Source: Candidatus Latescibacterota bacterium
GTDB taxonomy: Bacteria; Latescibacterota; UBA2968; UBA8231
Assembly: GCA_965242865.1 (NCBI GenBank)
Contig: CBDETK010000013.1
Span: 4,704,001-4,768,000, forward strand
Direction of reading: 5' to 3'
DNA: 64,000 nucleotides
The position numbers were made by a program, and so were the translations under genes. This document shows positions 17,544 through 26,859 of this stretch, piece after piece; positions within the stretch are counted from its first letter, which is position 1, and every line of letters starts with the position of its first letter. The notes below the pieces were generated by a model. The model was not told where the DNA came from. It did not search any database and worked only from the letters and a program-made list of their open reading frames with translations.

Positions 17544-19523
17544 TCAGAACACGACCTGCGACACGGCCTTGGAAATCAGCGCGACGGCAATGGACGTCAT
17601 GCCGATTAGGCCCACGCCGCACGAGTACCCAGCCAGCACGATGGGCGCGTACGCGTACCAGCGGTCGGGGCCAAAGCGCTTTTGCAGGTAGAAGCGGCCC
17701 AGCAGCGCGCCGACGAAGTTGAGGATGGCAAAGTGCGGCCAGCCGCCGAGGCCGGCGACAAAACCATAGAAGATCCCCAGCGGCGCACTCAGCGCACTCA
17801 GCAGCGCGTACAACGCGCCGCTAAAGACCAGCCCAATCCCGATGTAATCCCAGCGAATAATTTGCGTCACCAAGCTCTGGCCCGCGCCCGGCAGGGTGGA
17901 TTTGGCCCAGAACGCCTGCATGGTGGCGTGGAAGGGCCACATCTTTTGCACGAATGGGTACGCGGACGAGGGAATCGGCCCGAGCTTCCAGATCAGCGAC
18001 CAGAATAGGAAGCTACACGCGAACATGACGGCCAAGGTCAGGGCCGTCATCTTGACGATGCTGCCAAAGCGGGTGCGAGTTAGCTCTAGTTGCTTAAACA
18101 CTTGCGCCTCGTACCCCCACTGGAAGATCGGCACCGGCGCGAACCAGATTCCAGCCCCTTGGTAGCCGGACAAATAGAAGCTGGCCTCGCGCAGATAGGG
18201 GAACGTGACGCCCTGCGGCGACCCGGTCAGGCCGATCATGCGCGTGCCGATGTACGAGTAGATGGGCGTCCACACAAAGCCAAAGAGCGCGGTGATCCAC
18301 CACGGAAAATCCGGCACCAAATAGTACACCATCAGCACAAAGCCCAGCGTGCTCACCGCCCAAATCCCCAAAGCCGTGACTATGCGGATGTCGCCGCGCT
18401 CGGGGAGAGCCTCCCGAAGGGAGGCGCGCTCCTTGCCGGCCGCGAGCAAGACCTTGCCCGCCGTGTAAAAGCCCATGGCCGCGACCACGACGGCCCCACC
18501 GAGCGAAAAGCTCAACCAGAAGTCAAAGGTATTGGCGATCTGGGTGGGAATCGACGACATGCCCGGCTCCCAAGTGTGCAGGATGCCGTAGGCATAGAGG
18601 ACGGGGTTGGCGATTAGGTTGACCGCGATCGACGAGGCAAACACCCCGACTACGACCCAGAACGGCAGCACCAAGCCGAATAGCACGTGGATCAAATCCG
18701 TGGCCAAGCCGATGACCGCGGCCGGCAGCACCGCCTTTAGCGGCACGGTGAAGTCGATGAAGGGGATCGGCAAAATCGACACGGTTTCGGTTAGAAAGAC
18801 CGACGACAGGGTGGGCACCACCACGTAGAACACGCCCCACACCGCTCCGATAAAGGCCCCGGTGCTGAACACGTGCCAGCGCCAGCCCTCGCGCTTGGCC
18901 GAGGTTTCGGCGAGGGCCGTGGCGCCGCCGGCCTGTATGTACGCCATGGGAAAGGGCAGGCGCTCAATGTCGTGGGTGATGCGGAAGAGCACGTAGCCCA
19001 AGGACAGGGCATTGACGCGCTGTAGGGCGACGGCGCAGAGGAGGATGACGATGGGCTTGAGCCACGCGCTGTCGAGGAAGCTGCGCTCCAACAGGGCCTC
19101 CGAACCGCACGGCGGCACGACCCAAGTGGGAATGTGTTCGGCCAGTCCGTCGGCTTGGGGCGATTGGATCAGGTATTGGTCCCAGATCAACACGCCGAAC
19201 GGGCCGCCAAAGAGGTCGGCCCCGGTGCCCAGCTTGCCGCCCATCATCACCAAGCCCCCGGCCACCCAGTAGAGGATGATGATCTCTTGGGTCCGCAGCG
19301 ATACAAAGGTGCGCTTGGCCATTTCGATGAAGAGAATCAAGGTGACCCATTCGGCACCCCCGGCCATGCTCATCCCGGTCACCAGCCCGAGGTAAATCGC
19401 ACCCGGCAGCATGACGAAGCCCACAAACAGCGCGGCCCACAGGGTCTTTGTGTTAAAGCCCGGTTCAAAGGGGGCGTCGGCGGGCATAACCGCGAAGCGC
19501 GCTGGGGCGTTGGCGGACGACAA
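17544..19523 (-). CDS. OPT-like polytopic inner-membrane transporter
   Basis: 659-aa hydrophobic protein; DIERLPFPMA motif is similar to ENERLVFPL in 11531-13435. Confidence 0.7.
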   Translation of the reverse strand: MSSANAPARFAVMPADAPFEPGFNTKTLWAALFVGFVMLPGAIYLGLVTGMSMAGGAEWVTLILFIEMAKRTFVSLRTQEIIILYWVAGGLVMMGGKLGTGADLFGGPFGVLIWDQYLIQSPQADGLAEHIPTWVVPPCGSEALLERSFLDSAWLKPIVILLCAVALQRVNALSLGYVLFRITHDIERLPFPMAYIQAGGATALAETSAKREGWRWHVFSTGAFIGAVWGVFYVVVPTLSSVFLTETVSILPIPFIDFTVPLKAVLPAAVIGLATDLIHVLFGLVLPFWVVVGVFASSIAVNLIANPVLYAYGILHTWEPGMSSIPTQIANTFDFWLSFSLGGAVVVAAMGFYTAGKVLLAAGKERASLREALPERGDIRIVTALGIWAVSTLGFVLMVYYLVPDFPWWITALFGFVWTPIYSYIGTRMIGLTGSPQGVTFPYLREASFYLSGYQGAGIWFAPVPIFQWGYEAQVFKQLELTRTRFGSIVKMTALTLAVMFACSFLFWSLIWKLGPIPSSAYPFVQKMWPFHATMQAFWAKSTLPGAGQSLVTQIIRWDYIGIGLVFSGALYALLSALSAPLGIFYGFVAGLGGWPHFAILNFVGALLGRFYLQKRFGPDRWYAYAPIVLAGYSCGVGLIGMTSIAVALISKAVSQVVF

Positions 19524-19525
19524 AA

Positions 19526-21199
19526 TCAGTTCCGCGCCAAGTCGTCGTCCAAATACCGCAGACGCTCTTCGCGGATGTCAATTTGCGCGGCGTATTTTTG
19601 GCGCAAATCCCGCAGATAGCGGTTGAAAGACTCCCGCTCGATGCGCTCGCGCATGTCGTGCACCACCGCCTTCCGCACCCGCTCCAGCGTTAGGTCGTAG
19701 TACGTCTCTGGCCAGCGCTCGATAACCCGGAAGATCGAATGGCCGCCCCGCATTTGGATCGGCCCTTGGAGCTCGCCTAACTCGGCCTGCATCACCGCGT
19801 TCATCCAAGCCTCCCCCAAAAAGGGGGCCTGCGATTCAGAGACGTACAGAATGCCATCTTCGGCGTCGCGGCGGAGACTGTGGGCGCGAGCGAGTGCCGC
19901 CCACTCGGCCCCGGCCTCAATCTGCGCGGCGATTTGCCGGGCCTCGGTCGGCGTGTCGAGCAAAATCTCCTCTAATTGCGCTTGGGGCGGGCTGCGGAAG
20001 CGGCGCTTGTGCTCCTCGTAGAACGCCCGCAGCTCGTCCTCGGTCGGCTCGGGCGCTGCGGTCAAAATTTGCTCGCGCAGTTTTATCAACATCAGGTTGC
20101 CCAACGCCAAGGCCTGGGACCGCGCAAAAGCCTCGGTTTTATCGAGGCCCTTGCGCCGAGCGTCGTGGGCCATGAGGCGGGTGGGGAAGTGGTGCTCAGA
20201 TAGCTTCTCGTTGACCGAGTCCGCGCTGGCTGCCAGCCACAAGCGGCCCGAGGGGCGCACGGCCTCCAAGACCTCGGCCACGTCCATCTGCAAGCCCTCG
20301 AAAGAATAGACCGGGCGCTGGTGCGCGGCCCCATCCAAGTCCGCATAATCGACCGCGCCCTGCAAGACCGCTACGACCACGTCCATGCCCTCGGCGTCAA
20401 AAACCGTGTCCAAATCCCACTTGAGGTGCCGCAGGTACGATTCGCGCAGTTGCTTTTGCTGCTCGGCGCGGAGTGCTTGGCGGATGCCTTCCTCGACCTC
20501 GGGCAAATCGACGCGGTGCCGCTCGGCCACCTTGGCGATGACGAAGCCGCCGCGCAAGGGGAGCGGCTCAGTCACCCCGCCCACGGGCCGGGCAAAGACC
20601 GCTTCGGCGAGGGCGCGGGGGCTGTCGAAGGGCGAATAGGCCAGCCGCCGGATTTCGCCGGTGTGCATGCCGTAGTAAGGGTCGGCCGCGAATTGACGCC
20701 CGGCTTCGGCAAAGTCCGCGCCCTGCGCCAACAGCGCTTGCACCTGCCGCGCCTGTTGCCGACTGGGCACAAAAATCTCCAGCGCGACGACTTTTTCGCC
20801 CCAGCCCGGCCGCGCGTAAGCGGCCTCGATGTCATCCGCATCCACCGCGACCTTGGCCGCGACATTGCGCTTTAGCATGGCGTCGGCGAGGGCCTTGGTT
20901 TCGCGCTGGGCGAGCTCGGCCAAGATCGCCTCGTCGCGCTGCAACCCCCGAGCGCGGGCCTCCAACAGCAACACCTCGCGGTCGATGAGCGTCTGCAAAT
21001 TGGCCCGGTGCTGGGCGCGCTGGGCACTCGTCTTGCGGCCGTCGGCAAAGGCGCGTAGATCGGCCGCGGTAATTTCGACCGCGCCGACTCGGGCCAGCAA
21101 CTCCCTGTCGTCTGGCCGCTCGGCGTCGCAGCTAATACAGTGCATAAAAAGAGGAGCTAGACGGAAGGTCCAGCTCCTCGCAACGAGCCATCCTGCCAT
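19526..21199 (-). CDS. Peptidyl-prolyl isomerase/foldase (SurA/PrsA-like, two parvulin domains)
   Basis: LIDREVLLLEARARGL, GADFAEAGRQF and GAEWAALARAHS...GPIQMRGGHSIFRV. Confidence 0.8.
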   Translation of the reverse strand: MAGWLVARSWTFRLAPLFMHCISCDAERPDDRELLARVGAVEITAADLRAFADGRKTSAQRAQHRANLQTLIDREVLLLEARARGLQRDEAILAELAQRETKALADAMLKRNVAAKVAVDADDIEAAYARPGWGEKVVALEIFVPSRQQARQVQALLAQGADFAEAGRQFAADPYYGMHTGEIRRLAYSPFDSPRALAEAVFARPVGGVTEPLPLRGGFVIAKVAERHRVDLPEVEEGIRQALRAEQQKQLRESYLRHLKWDLDTVFDAEGMDVVVAVLQGAVDYADLDGAAHQRPVYSFEGLQMDVAEVLEAVRPSGRLWLAASADSVNEKLSEHHFPTRLMAHDARRKGLDKTEAFARSQALALGNLMLIKLREQILTAAPEPTEDELRAFYEEHKRRFRSPPQAQLEEILLDTPTEARQIAAQIEAGAEWAALARAHSLRRDAEDGILYVSESQAPFLGEAWMNAVMQAELGELQGPIQMRGGHSIFRVIERWPETYYDLTLERVRKAVVHDMRERIERESFNRYLRDLRQKYAAQIDIREERLRYLDDDLARN

Positions 21200-21204
21200 A
21201 CGCG

Positions 21205-21966
21205 CTAACTCGCCCCATTGGCCGGGGGTTTTTCCCGCGTCCCTTGGTCCACGGCAAAGCGGAACTCGACATCGATGGTCTCTTCTGGGTTGCCGCTGGC
21301 GTCAAAGGAAAGCACAAATTCGCGGAAGGTGAGCAACAACTCGTCGTTTTCTGGCAGCAACGGGTCAAAGACTAACATGCCTTTTTGGCGGCTGTCGCGG
21401 AAGATGGGCCGATGGCGGTGAAAAACCGTCTTGTAGATAATGCCCATGCGCTCCAAGTTGATTTCGCGCTCATTGCCGGAAGTGCCGAGCTCCATTTTGT
21501 AGTACTTGGTGAAGCTGTTGCCCCCCAACACGATGGCCCCCTCGCGCCCGGGATCGTAGTAGCGATAGGTCTCGCCGCCCGATTCCATGGTCGCCTTAGC
21601 CGGGTCGAACTCGATCTTGGCGTAAGTCAGGTTTACGACCTCGACTTCAAACACGGTGAATTGCGGGGGAATGTAGCCCTTTTCGGGGTCAATCGTGCCC
21701 CGGGTGTAGGGGTTGACGTGACGACCGTCGTACAGGGGCGGGAAGCGCTCGTTGAGCTCGGGATCGCTCAGATGCCGCACCTTGATCAAAAGCCCCTCTT
21801 TGCTAAATACCATCGAGCTGTCGTCTGGGTCGATGGTGTAATCGCCGCGGCCCTCGGGCAGGACGGGCATCACGTGCAGGTCGTACACGCGTTGGGGCGG
21901 GATGAGCCCGCCGCAACTCCAGACCAGCCCGAGTGCCACAAGGAGCACCATGTACCTCGCTGTCAT
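21205..21966 (-). CDS. Lipoprotein of unknown function (paralog of 32989-33771)
   Basis: ATG at 21966 after GAGGGAG; VWSC lipobox; shared YxIDPxDSS, GxxPP..TVFxVxVxN and FxFxVDxG motifs. Confidence 0.75.
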   Translation of the reverse strand: MTARYMVLLVALGLVWSCGGLIPPQRVYDLHVMPVLPEGRGDYTIDPDDSSMVFSKEGLLIKVRHLSDPELNERFPPLYDGRHVNPYTRGTIDPEKGYIPPQFTVFEVEVVNLTYAKIEFDPAKATMESGGETYRYYDPGREGAIVLGGNSFTKYYKMELGTSGNEREINLERMGIIYKTVFHRHRPIFRDSRQKGMLVFDPLLPENDELLLTFREFVLSFDASGNPEETIDVEFRFAVDQGTREKPPANGAS

Positions 21967-21998
21967 AACACTGCAACTCCCTCTTTTGCTAGCTGTTG

Positions 21999-22418
21999 TC
22001 AATGGGTTGGTTCCTCGGTTTCCACGTCGATTTGTTCGACGCCGGCCAGGGTGGCCGTTTCCATCGCGTCGATGATATGGCCGTGGGCCGCATCCGCGTC
22101 CGCGGTGATGATCAACGTCGATGAGCCGGTGCGGACCTTCTCGCGCTCTAGCCAACTGGCGAGCTGCCCCATGGCCACCAACTGCCCGTTGATTTCGAGC
22201 TGGCCCTCGCTCGAGATGCGCAGGTTCAGCTTCTTCTCGGCCTTGAGTTGATCGTAGTGGATCGAGTCGGGCAGCTCAATTTTGAGCTGAGTGGCCTTGA
22301 CAAAGACCGTGGTGGTCATAAAGAAGATCAGCAGCAGGAACACCGCGTCGATCATCGGCGTTAGGTTCAGCTCAAATTCGCCGGCCTTGTCGGCCAGCGA
22401 CTGTCTCCGTTTAGCCAT
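21999..22418 (-). CDS. exbD: ExbD/TolR family protein
   Basis: LNLTPMIDAVFLLLIFFM transmembrane motif with the conserved Asp; ITADADAAHG. Confidence 0.92.
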   Translation of the reverse strand: MAKRRQSLADKAGEFELNLTPMIDAVFLLLIFFMTTTVFVKATQLKIELPDSIHYDQLKAEKKLNLRISSEGQLEINGQLVAMGQLASWLEREKVRTGSSTLIITADADAAHGHIIDAMETATLAGVEQIDVETEEPTH

Positions 22419-22423
22419 GCCGC

Positions 22424-22843
22424 TTATCCTTCTCCGCTCTTGGCAAAGGCAATGGCTTCAATGCCCTCGCCGCGGGCAATGTCCATCACCTGCACCACGT
22501 AAGCGTGAGGCACGGACCGCGCGGACTCCAAGATAACGTTCTTGGTGTTGTCGGCCGCTATGACCTGACGAATTTTTTCCGCCAACCTCGCCTTGTCGGT
22601 GACCTCGCCGTTGACTTGGATCGTCTGGTCCGGGTCGATCACGATGTTCATGTCCTTGGTCGCTCTCGACTCGCCTTCGCCGCCCGGCAGATCTACGCTC
22701 AGGCCCTTGGGGTTGACGAACGTGGTCGCCACCATAAAGAACACCAACAGCAAGAACATGCAGTTGATGAGCGGAGTCAGGTCGGGATTCTCCGTGGTCT
22801 TGAAGGCACTTTGGCCGAACCCGCTCTTTCGTCGCTGCCGCAT
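22424..22843 (-). CDS. exbD: ExbD/TolR family protein (second copy, TM Asp replaced by Asn)
   Basis: PDLTPLINCMFLLLVFFM; VVQVMDIAR. Confidence 0.88.
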   Translation of the reverse strand: MRQRRKSGFGQSAFKTTENPDLTPLINCMFLLLVFFMVATTFVNPKGLSVDLPGGEGESRATKDMNIVIDPDQTIQVNGEVTDKARLAEKIRQVIAADNTKNVILESARSVPHAYVVQVMDIARGEGIEAIAFAKSGEG

Positions 22844-22846
22844 CCT

Positions 22847-23521
22847 TTAGCTCGCCTCGCGCTGGCTGGCCTGAAAGCGCACCAGCAGGGTATTGGCGAA
22901 GGCGTGGCAGTACAGCTCCACGCTCTTGAAGACCTTTTCCGCCCGACCGGAGAGGTAGCGGTGGAAGACGATGGTCGGAATGGCGACGATGAGGCCGCTG
23001 GCTGTGGTAATCAGGGCCTCGGAGATGCCGCTGGCTACGGCCGCTGGATCGCCGGCCCCGGCGCGGGCAATGGCGTCAAAGGCGTGAATCATGCCCATGA
23101 TCGTGCCCAACAGGCCCATCAGCGGGGAGAGGACGCCAATGGTGCCGAGCGCGTTGAGCAGGCGGCCGAGATAGATCTCGCCGGCCTCCTCCGTGGCCAA
23201 GATCAACTCTTGGCGCATGTCCTCTAGGTCCGTGCGATTTTCCAAGACTAAGGTGTCGTAGCGCTTGACCAAGGCGGCGAAGATGAAGTTGAGCACGCCG
23301 CTGCCCTGCCGGAACAGCTCGATGGCCCCGCCTTCGCCTTGGCTTTTGAGCACGTCCTCGGCCTCGTTGAGCTGCTGTTCGGCCTCTTGTTCGCCCGGGA
23401 CCATCAGCAGGCGATACAGCCGTTCTATGATGATGGCTAGGGCGATCAACAAGCACAGCAACATGGGCCACATCATCGGCCCGCCTTTGAAAAACTGGTC
23501 CACTAAAAAATTCTGCTCCAT
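22847..23521 (-). CDS. exbB: MotA/TolQ/ExbB proton channel
   Basis: KGGPMMWP, PLMGLLGTIMGMI.AF and GISEALITTASGL motifs. Confidence 0.92.
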   Translation of the reverse strand: MEQNFLVDQFFKGGPMMWPMLLCLLIALAIIIERLYRLLMVPGEQEAEQQLNEAEDVLKSQGEGGAIELFRQGSGVLNFIFAALVKRYDTLVLENRTDLEDMRQELILATEEAGEIYLGRLLNALGTIGVLSPLMGLLGTIMGMIHAFDAIARAGAGDPAAVASGISEALITTASGLIVAIPTIVFHRYLSGRAEKVFKSVELYCHAFANTLLVRFQASQREAS

Positions 23522-23569
23522 TACAACCTCCCGGTATTGGGTCCTGCTTTGCGTTGCGTTGAAAGCGGG

Positions 23570-26500
23570 CTAGAGCCGGTTTTCCACGATCCATTCTCGG
23601 TGCAGCTTGGCAAAACTGACCACATCGGCGTTTTCCGGCTCGTCCCCCCCCTTTTCTTCCACGACCTGATAGTTTTCTACGGCCTGCGACCACTGGCGGG
23701 TGATTTCATAGACCAGCCCCAAGTTGCAGTACGCGGCCAACTCGGTATAGGTGCCGGGGTAATCGCGGATGATCCCCTGTAGGGCTGGCACGGCCCGGTC
23801 GTAGTCTTTGGCCTCAAACAGCTTCATGGCCTCGTTGTAGCTAAAGCTCGCTTGGATCTCGCTTAGCTCTTCTACTAAGGAGGTGGCCCGCGACGCCTCC
23901 TCGGAATCGGGATAGCGCGCGATTACTTGCTCGTACGCGGCCATGGCCTCGTCGTACGACTGGATATTGTAGTAGTAATCGCCGATGGTAAACTGCGCTT
24001 TGGGGGCGAATTCGCTCTGGGGGTAGTTGGCGACGAGAGCTTGCATCGCGCCGACGGCTTGCTCCATCTGCTCTTGCTCGACAAAGGACCACGCCAACGC
24101 GTACTGCGCCGAGCCGCCGTATTGGCCTTGGGGATATTTGGCCAAGAGCGCTTGGTAGGCCGGCACGGCTTCGGCAAAGGCCCGCTCGTTGTAGTGGTTT
24201 TCGCCAATGAGGAAAAGTGCTTCCTCCTCGTATTGGGACTGGAGATGGTGCTCGACGAGCGCGGCAAAAGCGGCCGCAGCCTCCTCAAACTGGGTCAGAG
24301 CTTGGAGGCTGTGGGCCAGATAGTACTGGCCGTGCATGCGGTTGGCATTGCGCGGATATTTTTTGATAAAGGTTCGGAAGCTCTCGGCCGCGGTCGCGTA
24401 GTCGCCGTAGCTGATTTCGGCAAAGCCCTTGGAGAAGGCCAAGTTGCCGCTCTCGCCCGAATTTGGATAGCGCTTGAGCCCTTGGGCAAAGATGCGGGCG
24501 GATTCCTCGTACTGTTGCTGCTGCAACAGCGCGTTGCCGATGATGGAATAGGCGCGTTCCTTGCGGTAGTACCCGGCTTGGTCGTCGTCTTCAAACTGCA
24601 TGTCGAGGAGCTGGCGAGCGAATTTTTCGGCTTGGACGAAGTCCTGCTGGTCGTAGTACAGCTCGGTCAGCAGCATGCGAAAGGTCGCCTGCTCTTGGGG
24701 GTCGGCCGACGCGGCAATGAGCTCTTGGTAGTAGTTGGCGGCCTCCTCTTGACGCCCCAAGCGAATCATGCCGGCCCCCAGCGTGCGGAAGGCGCTGTCC
24801 TTGATCTGGGGGGTCGGCCCGCTGTCGAGCAGGGCCTTCATATCCTTTAGCGACGCCTCATAGCTTAGGCGCGCCTCGGCCGTGTCGCCGGCCGCGTCTT
24901 GCTGTTTGGCGACCTCGTAGTACGCACCGCCGCGCGCCAACAGCGAATTTTGCAAGATGTGCGCGGGCGGATTGAGCGCGATGGCCTGCCCCCAAGAGCC
25001 GATGGCCCCCGCGAAATTGTCCTCGGCAAAATGCACCCGGGCCAAGGTGTAGTGCATCTGGCCTCTCAAGGTGTCGTCGCCCGCTCGATCCAAGGCGCGA
25101 GACAGGGCCTGACCCGCCTCGGCGTACGCTTGGTGGCCCATGTATAGCTCAGCCAACTCGACCTGCACAGTAGGCCACTTGTCCCACTCCTCTTCCACTG
25201 TCTCATACGCGGCGATGGCGCGGTCTGTGTCCTGCAGGTGCTTGTACACAAGCCCAAGCTCCATCCGCGCGGTGTTGCGTAGGTCTGAGCTTGGGAAGCG
25301 GTCGAGGAAGGACCTGTAGATCGCTTCGGCCCGGTTGAATTCGGCCGCAGCATAGGCGATGCGGGCCAACTGCAAAAGCCCGTTGGGGGCCGCCGGATGG
25401 TCTGCATATTCAGCGACTAATCGCTGGTACAGGGGCTGGGCCGCTTGGTCGTTGTCGAGGAGCTGGTTGGCAAAGCCGGCGTTAAAAAGCACGTCTGGAA
25501 TTAGGACGTTGTCCGCGCGCACGCTCAGGAGCTGGTCGTAGCTTGCGAGGGCCTTGGCGATTTCCTCGTCGGCGCGCACCGGGTCTTCGCTGCGGAGCTG
25601 CCGGCCGCGTTCTTGGTGGCACTGGGCTATGCGAAAGAGAACCTTGTAGCGGTCAAAGCCAATGCGCTGCGCCACATCGCCGTAGGCATTGAGGTAAATC
25701 TCGTATTCTTGCGCCGACTTGAGGTACTCGTGCTGGTCGAAAAGCATTAGGGCGACCGTGAGCTGGGTCCGGGCCTGAAAGAGCCGGTCCTCAACCTTTT
25801 CAATGGCGTCCTTGTACGCGGCAATGGCCGCGGTCGTGCCCTGTTCCTTCTGCACCAACTCGGCGGTGCGAATGTAGCTGTTTTGCACCAAGACCGGCTC
25901 GGCTGCGTATTCGGCCGGGAGCACGGCATAGGCGGCGAGGGCCTTTTCGACCTCGCCGTTGCGGGCGTAGATGTCGCCCTTTTTCAGATGAGCCTTGGCG
26001 ACCAGTTCGCGCGCGGTCTCCTTGACCAAGCCCTTGAGCTTGAGGGTGGTCATCTCGATGATCTCTTCCTCGGTCATCTGCGTGAAGTCGTAGCGGGCGA
26101 TGAGGCGGTCGAGGTAATCGAGCGCGTCTGCGTACTGCCCGAGCTCGTCGTAGCTCTCGGCGATCTGGAAGAGCGAGCGGTCCGCGTTGGACCCTCGGGG
26201 GGCCAAGACCAAGACCTGCTTGAAGCTGGCGATGGCCTCGTCGTAGCGCTCCAATTCAAACAAGGACCACGCTCGGTCGTAGTGAACGGACGCCTCGTAG
26301 AGGCTGTGGGGGAAGCGGCGCAGCAGCGCGTCCCCTTCGCCAATGACCTGCTCGTAGTCCTTGAGCTGGTAACTCGTCTGGATCATCTGGTACTGCGCCA
26401 TTACCCGGGTGCGATTATCGACGCTTTCGTCCGCGGCGAGGCTGCGAAAGAAGTCGCGGCTCTGGTTGAGATCGCGCAGGGCTTCCTCGTAGCGCGCGTC

Positions 26501-26842
26501 GGCCGCGGCTTCCTTCTTTTCCGAGCGCAAAAACTGCGAGCGTTGCAATTTTTCTAGCCCGAGCTTGTTGTACGTGTTGCCGAGCTGGTACGTGGCGCCC
26601 ACGCGCACCGGCAGGATGAACTCGTCGACCGCCACGGTTACGTCCTCCACGTTGATCATGGCGTTGCTCTCGGTGGAGAGAATGACCTCGTAGCGCTCAA
26701 TGGCTTTGTCGTAGTCGCCGAGCGCGTAGAGCTTTTGCCCCTCCTCAAAGCGGTCTTGCAATTCCACCGGCGAGAAAAAGCGCGTACTCAGGCTGGCGGC
26801 CGCGCCGACCGCTGCGATGAGCAGCAGATTTACCAGAATCAT
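23570..26842 (-). CDS. Large tetratricopeptide-repeat protein (BamD/CpoB-like repeats)
   Basis: N-terminal hydrophobic segment; many A..Y..L...YP.S.....A.Y TPR units over 1090 aa. Confidence 0.88.
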   Translation of the reverse strand: MILVNLLLIAAVGAAASLSTRFFSPVELQDRFEEGQKLYALGDYDKAIERYEVILSTESNAMINVEDVTVAVDEFILPVRVGATYQLGNTYNKLGLEKLQRSQFLRSEKKEAAADARYEEALRDLNQSRDFFRSLAADESVDNRTRVMAQYQMIQTSYQLKDYEQVIGEGDALLRRFPHSLYEASVHYDRAWSLFELERYDEAIASFKQVLVLAPRGSNADRSLFQIAESYDELGQYADALDYLDRLIARYDFTQMTEEEIIEMTTLKLKGLVKETARELVAKAHLKKGDIYARNGEVEKALAAYAVLPAEYAAEPVLVQNSYIRTAELVQKEQGTTAAIAAYKDAIEKVEDRLFQARTQLTVALMLFDQHEYLKSAQEYEIYLNAYGDVAQRIGFDRYKVLFRIAQCHQERGRQLRSEDPVRADEEIAKALASYDQLLSVRADNVLIPDVLFNAGFANQLLDNDQAAQPLYQRLVAEYADHPAAPNGLLQLARIAYAAAEFNRAEAIYRSFLDRFPSSDLRNTARMELGLVYKHLQDTDRAIAAYETVEEEWDKWPTVQVELAELYMGHQAYAEAGQALSRALDRAGDDTLRGQMHYTLARVHFAEDNFAGAIGSWGQAIALNPPAHILQNSLLARGGAYYEVAKQQDAAGDTAEARLSYEASLKDMKALLDSGPTPQIKDSAFRTLGAGMIRLGRQEEAANYYQELIAASADPQEQATFRMLLTELYYDQQDFVQAEKFARQLLDMQFEDDDQAGYYRKERAYSIIGNALLQQQQYEESARIFAQGLKRYPNSGESGNLAFSKGFAEISYGDYATAAESFRTFIKKYPRNANRMHGQYYLAHSLQALTQFEEAAAAFAALVEHHLQSQYEEEALFLIGENHYNERAFAEAVPAYQALLAKYPQGQYGGSAQYALAWSFVEQEQMEQAVGAMQALVANYPQSEFAPKAQFTIGDYYYNIQSYDEAMAAYEQVIARYPDSEEASRATSLVEELSEIQASFSYNEAMKLFEAKDYDRAVPALQGIIRDYPGTYTELAAYCNLGLVYEITRQWSQAVENYQVVEEKGGDEPENADVVSFAKLHREWIVENRL

Positions 26843-26859
26843 GGTGTCAATCTCCTCGG

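Noticed and set aside
21999-26842. Canonical Tol-Pal or TonB operon
   Set aside because: No TolA, TolB, Pal or TonB could be recognised adjacent.
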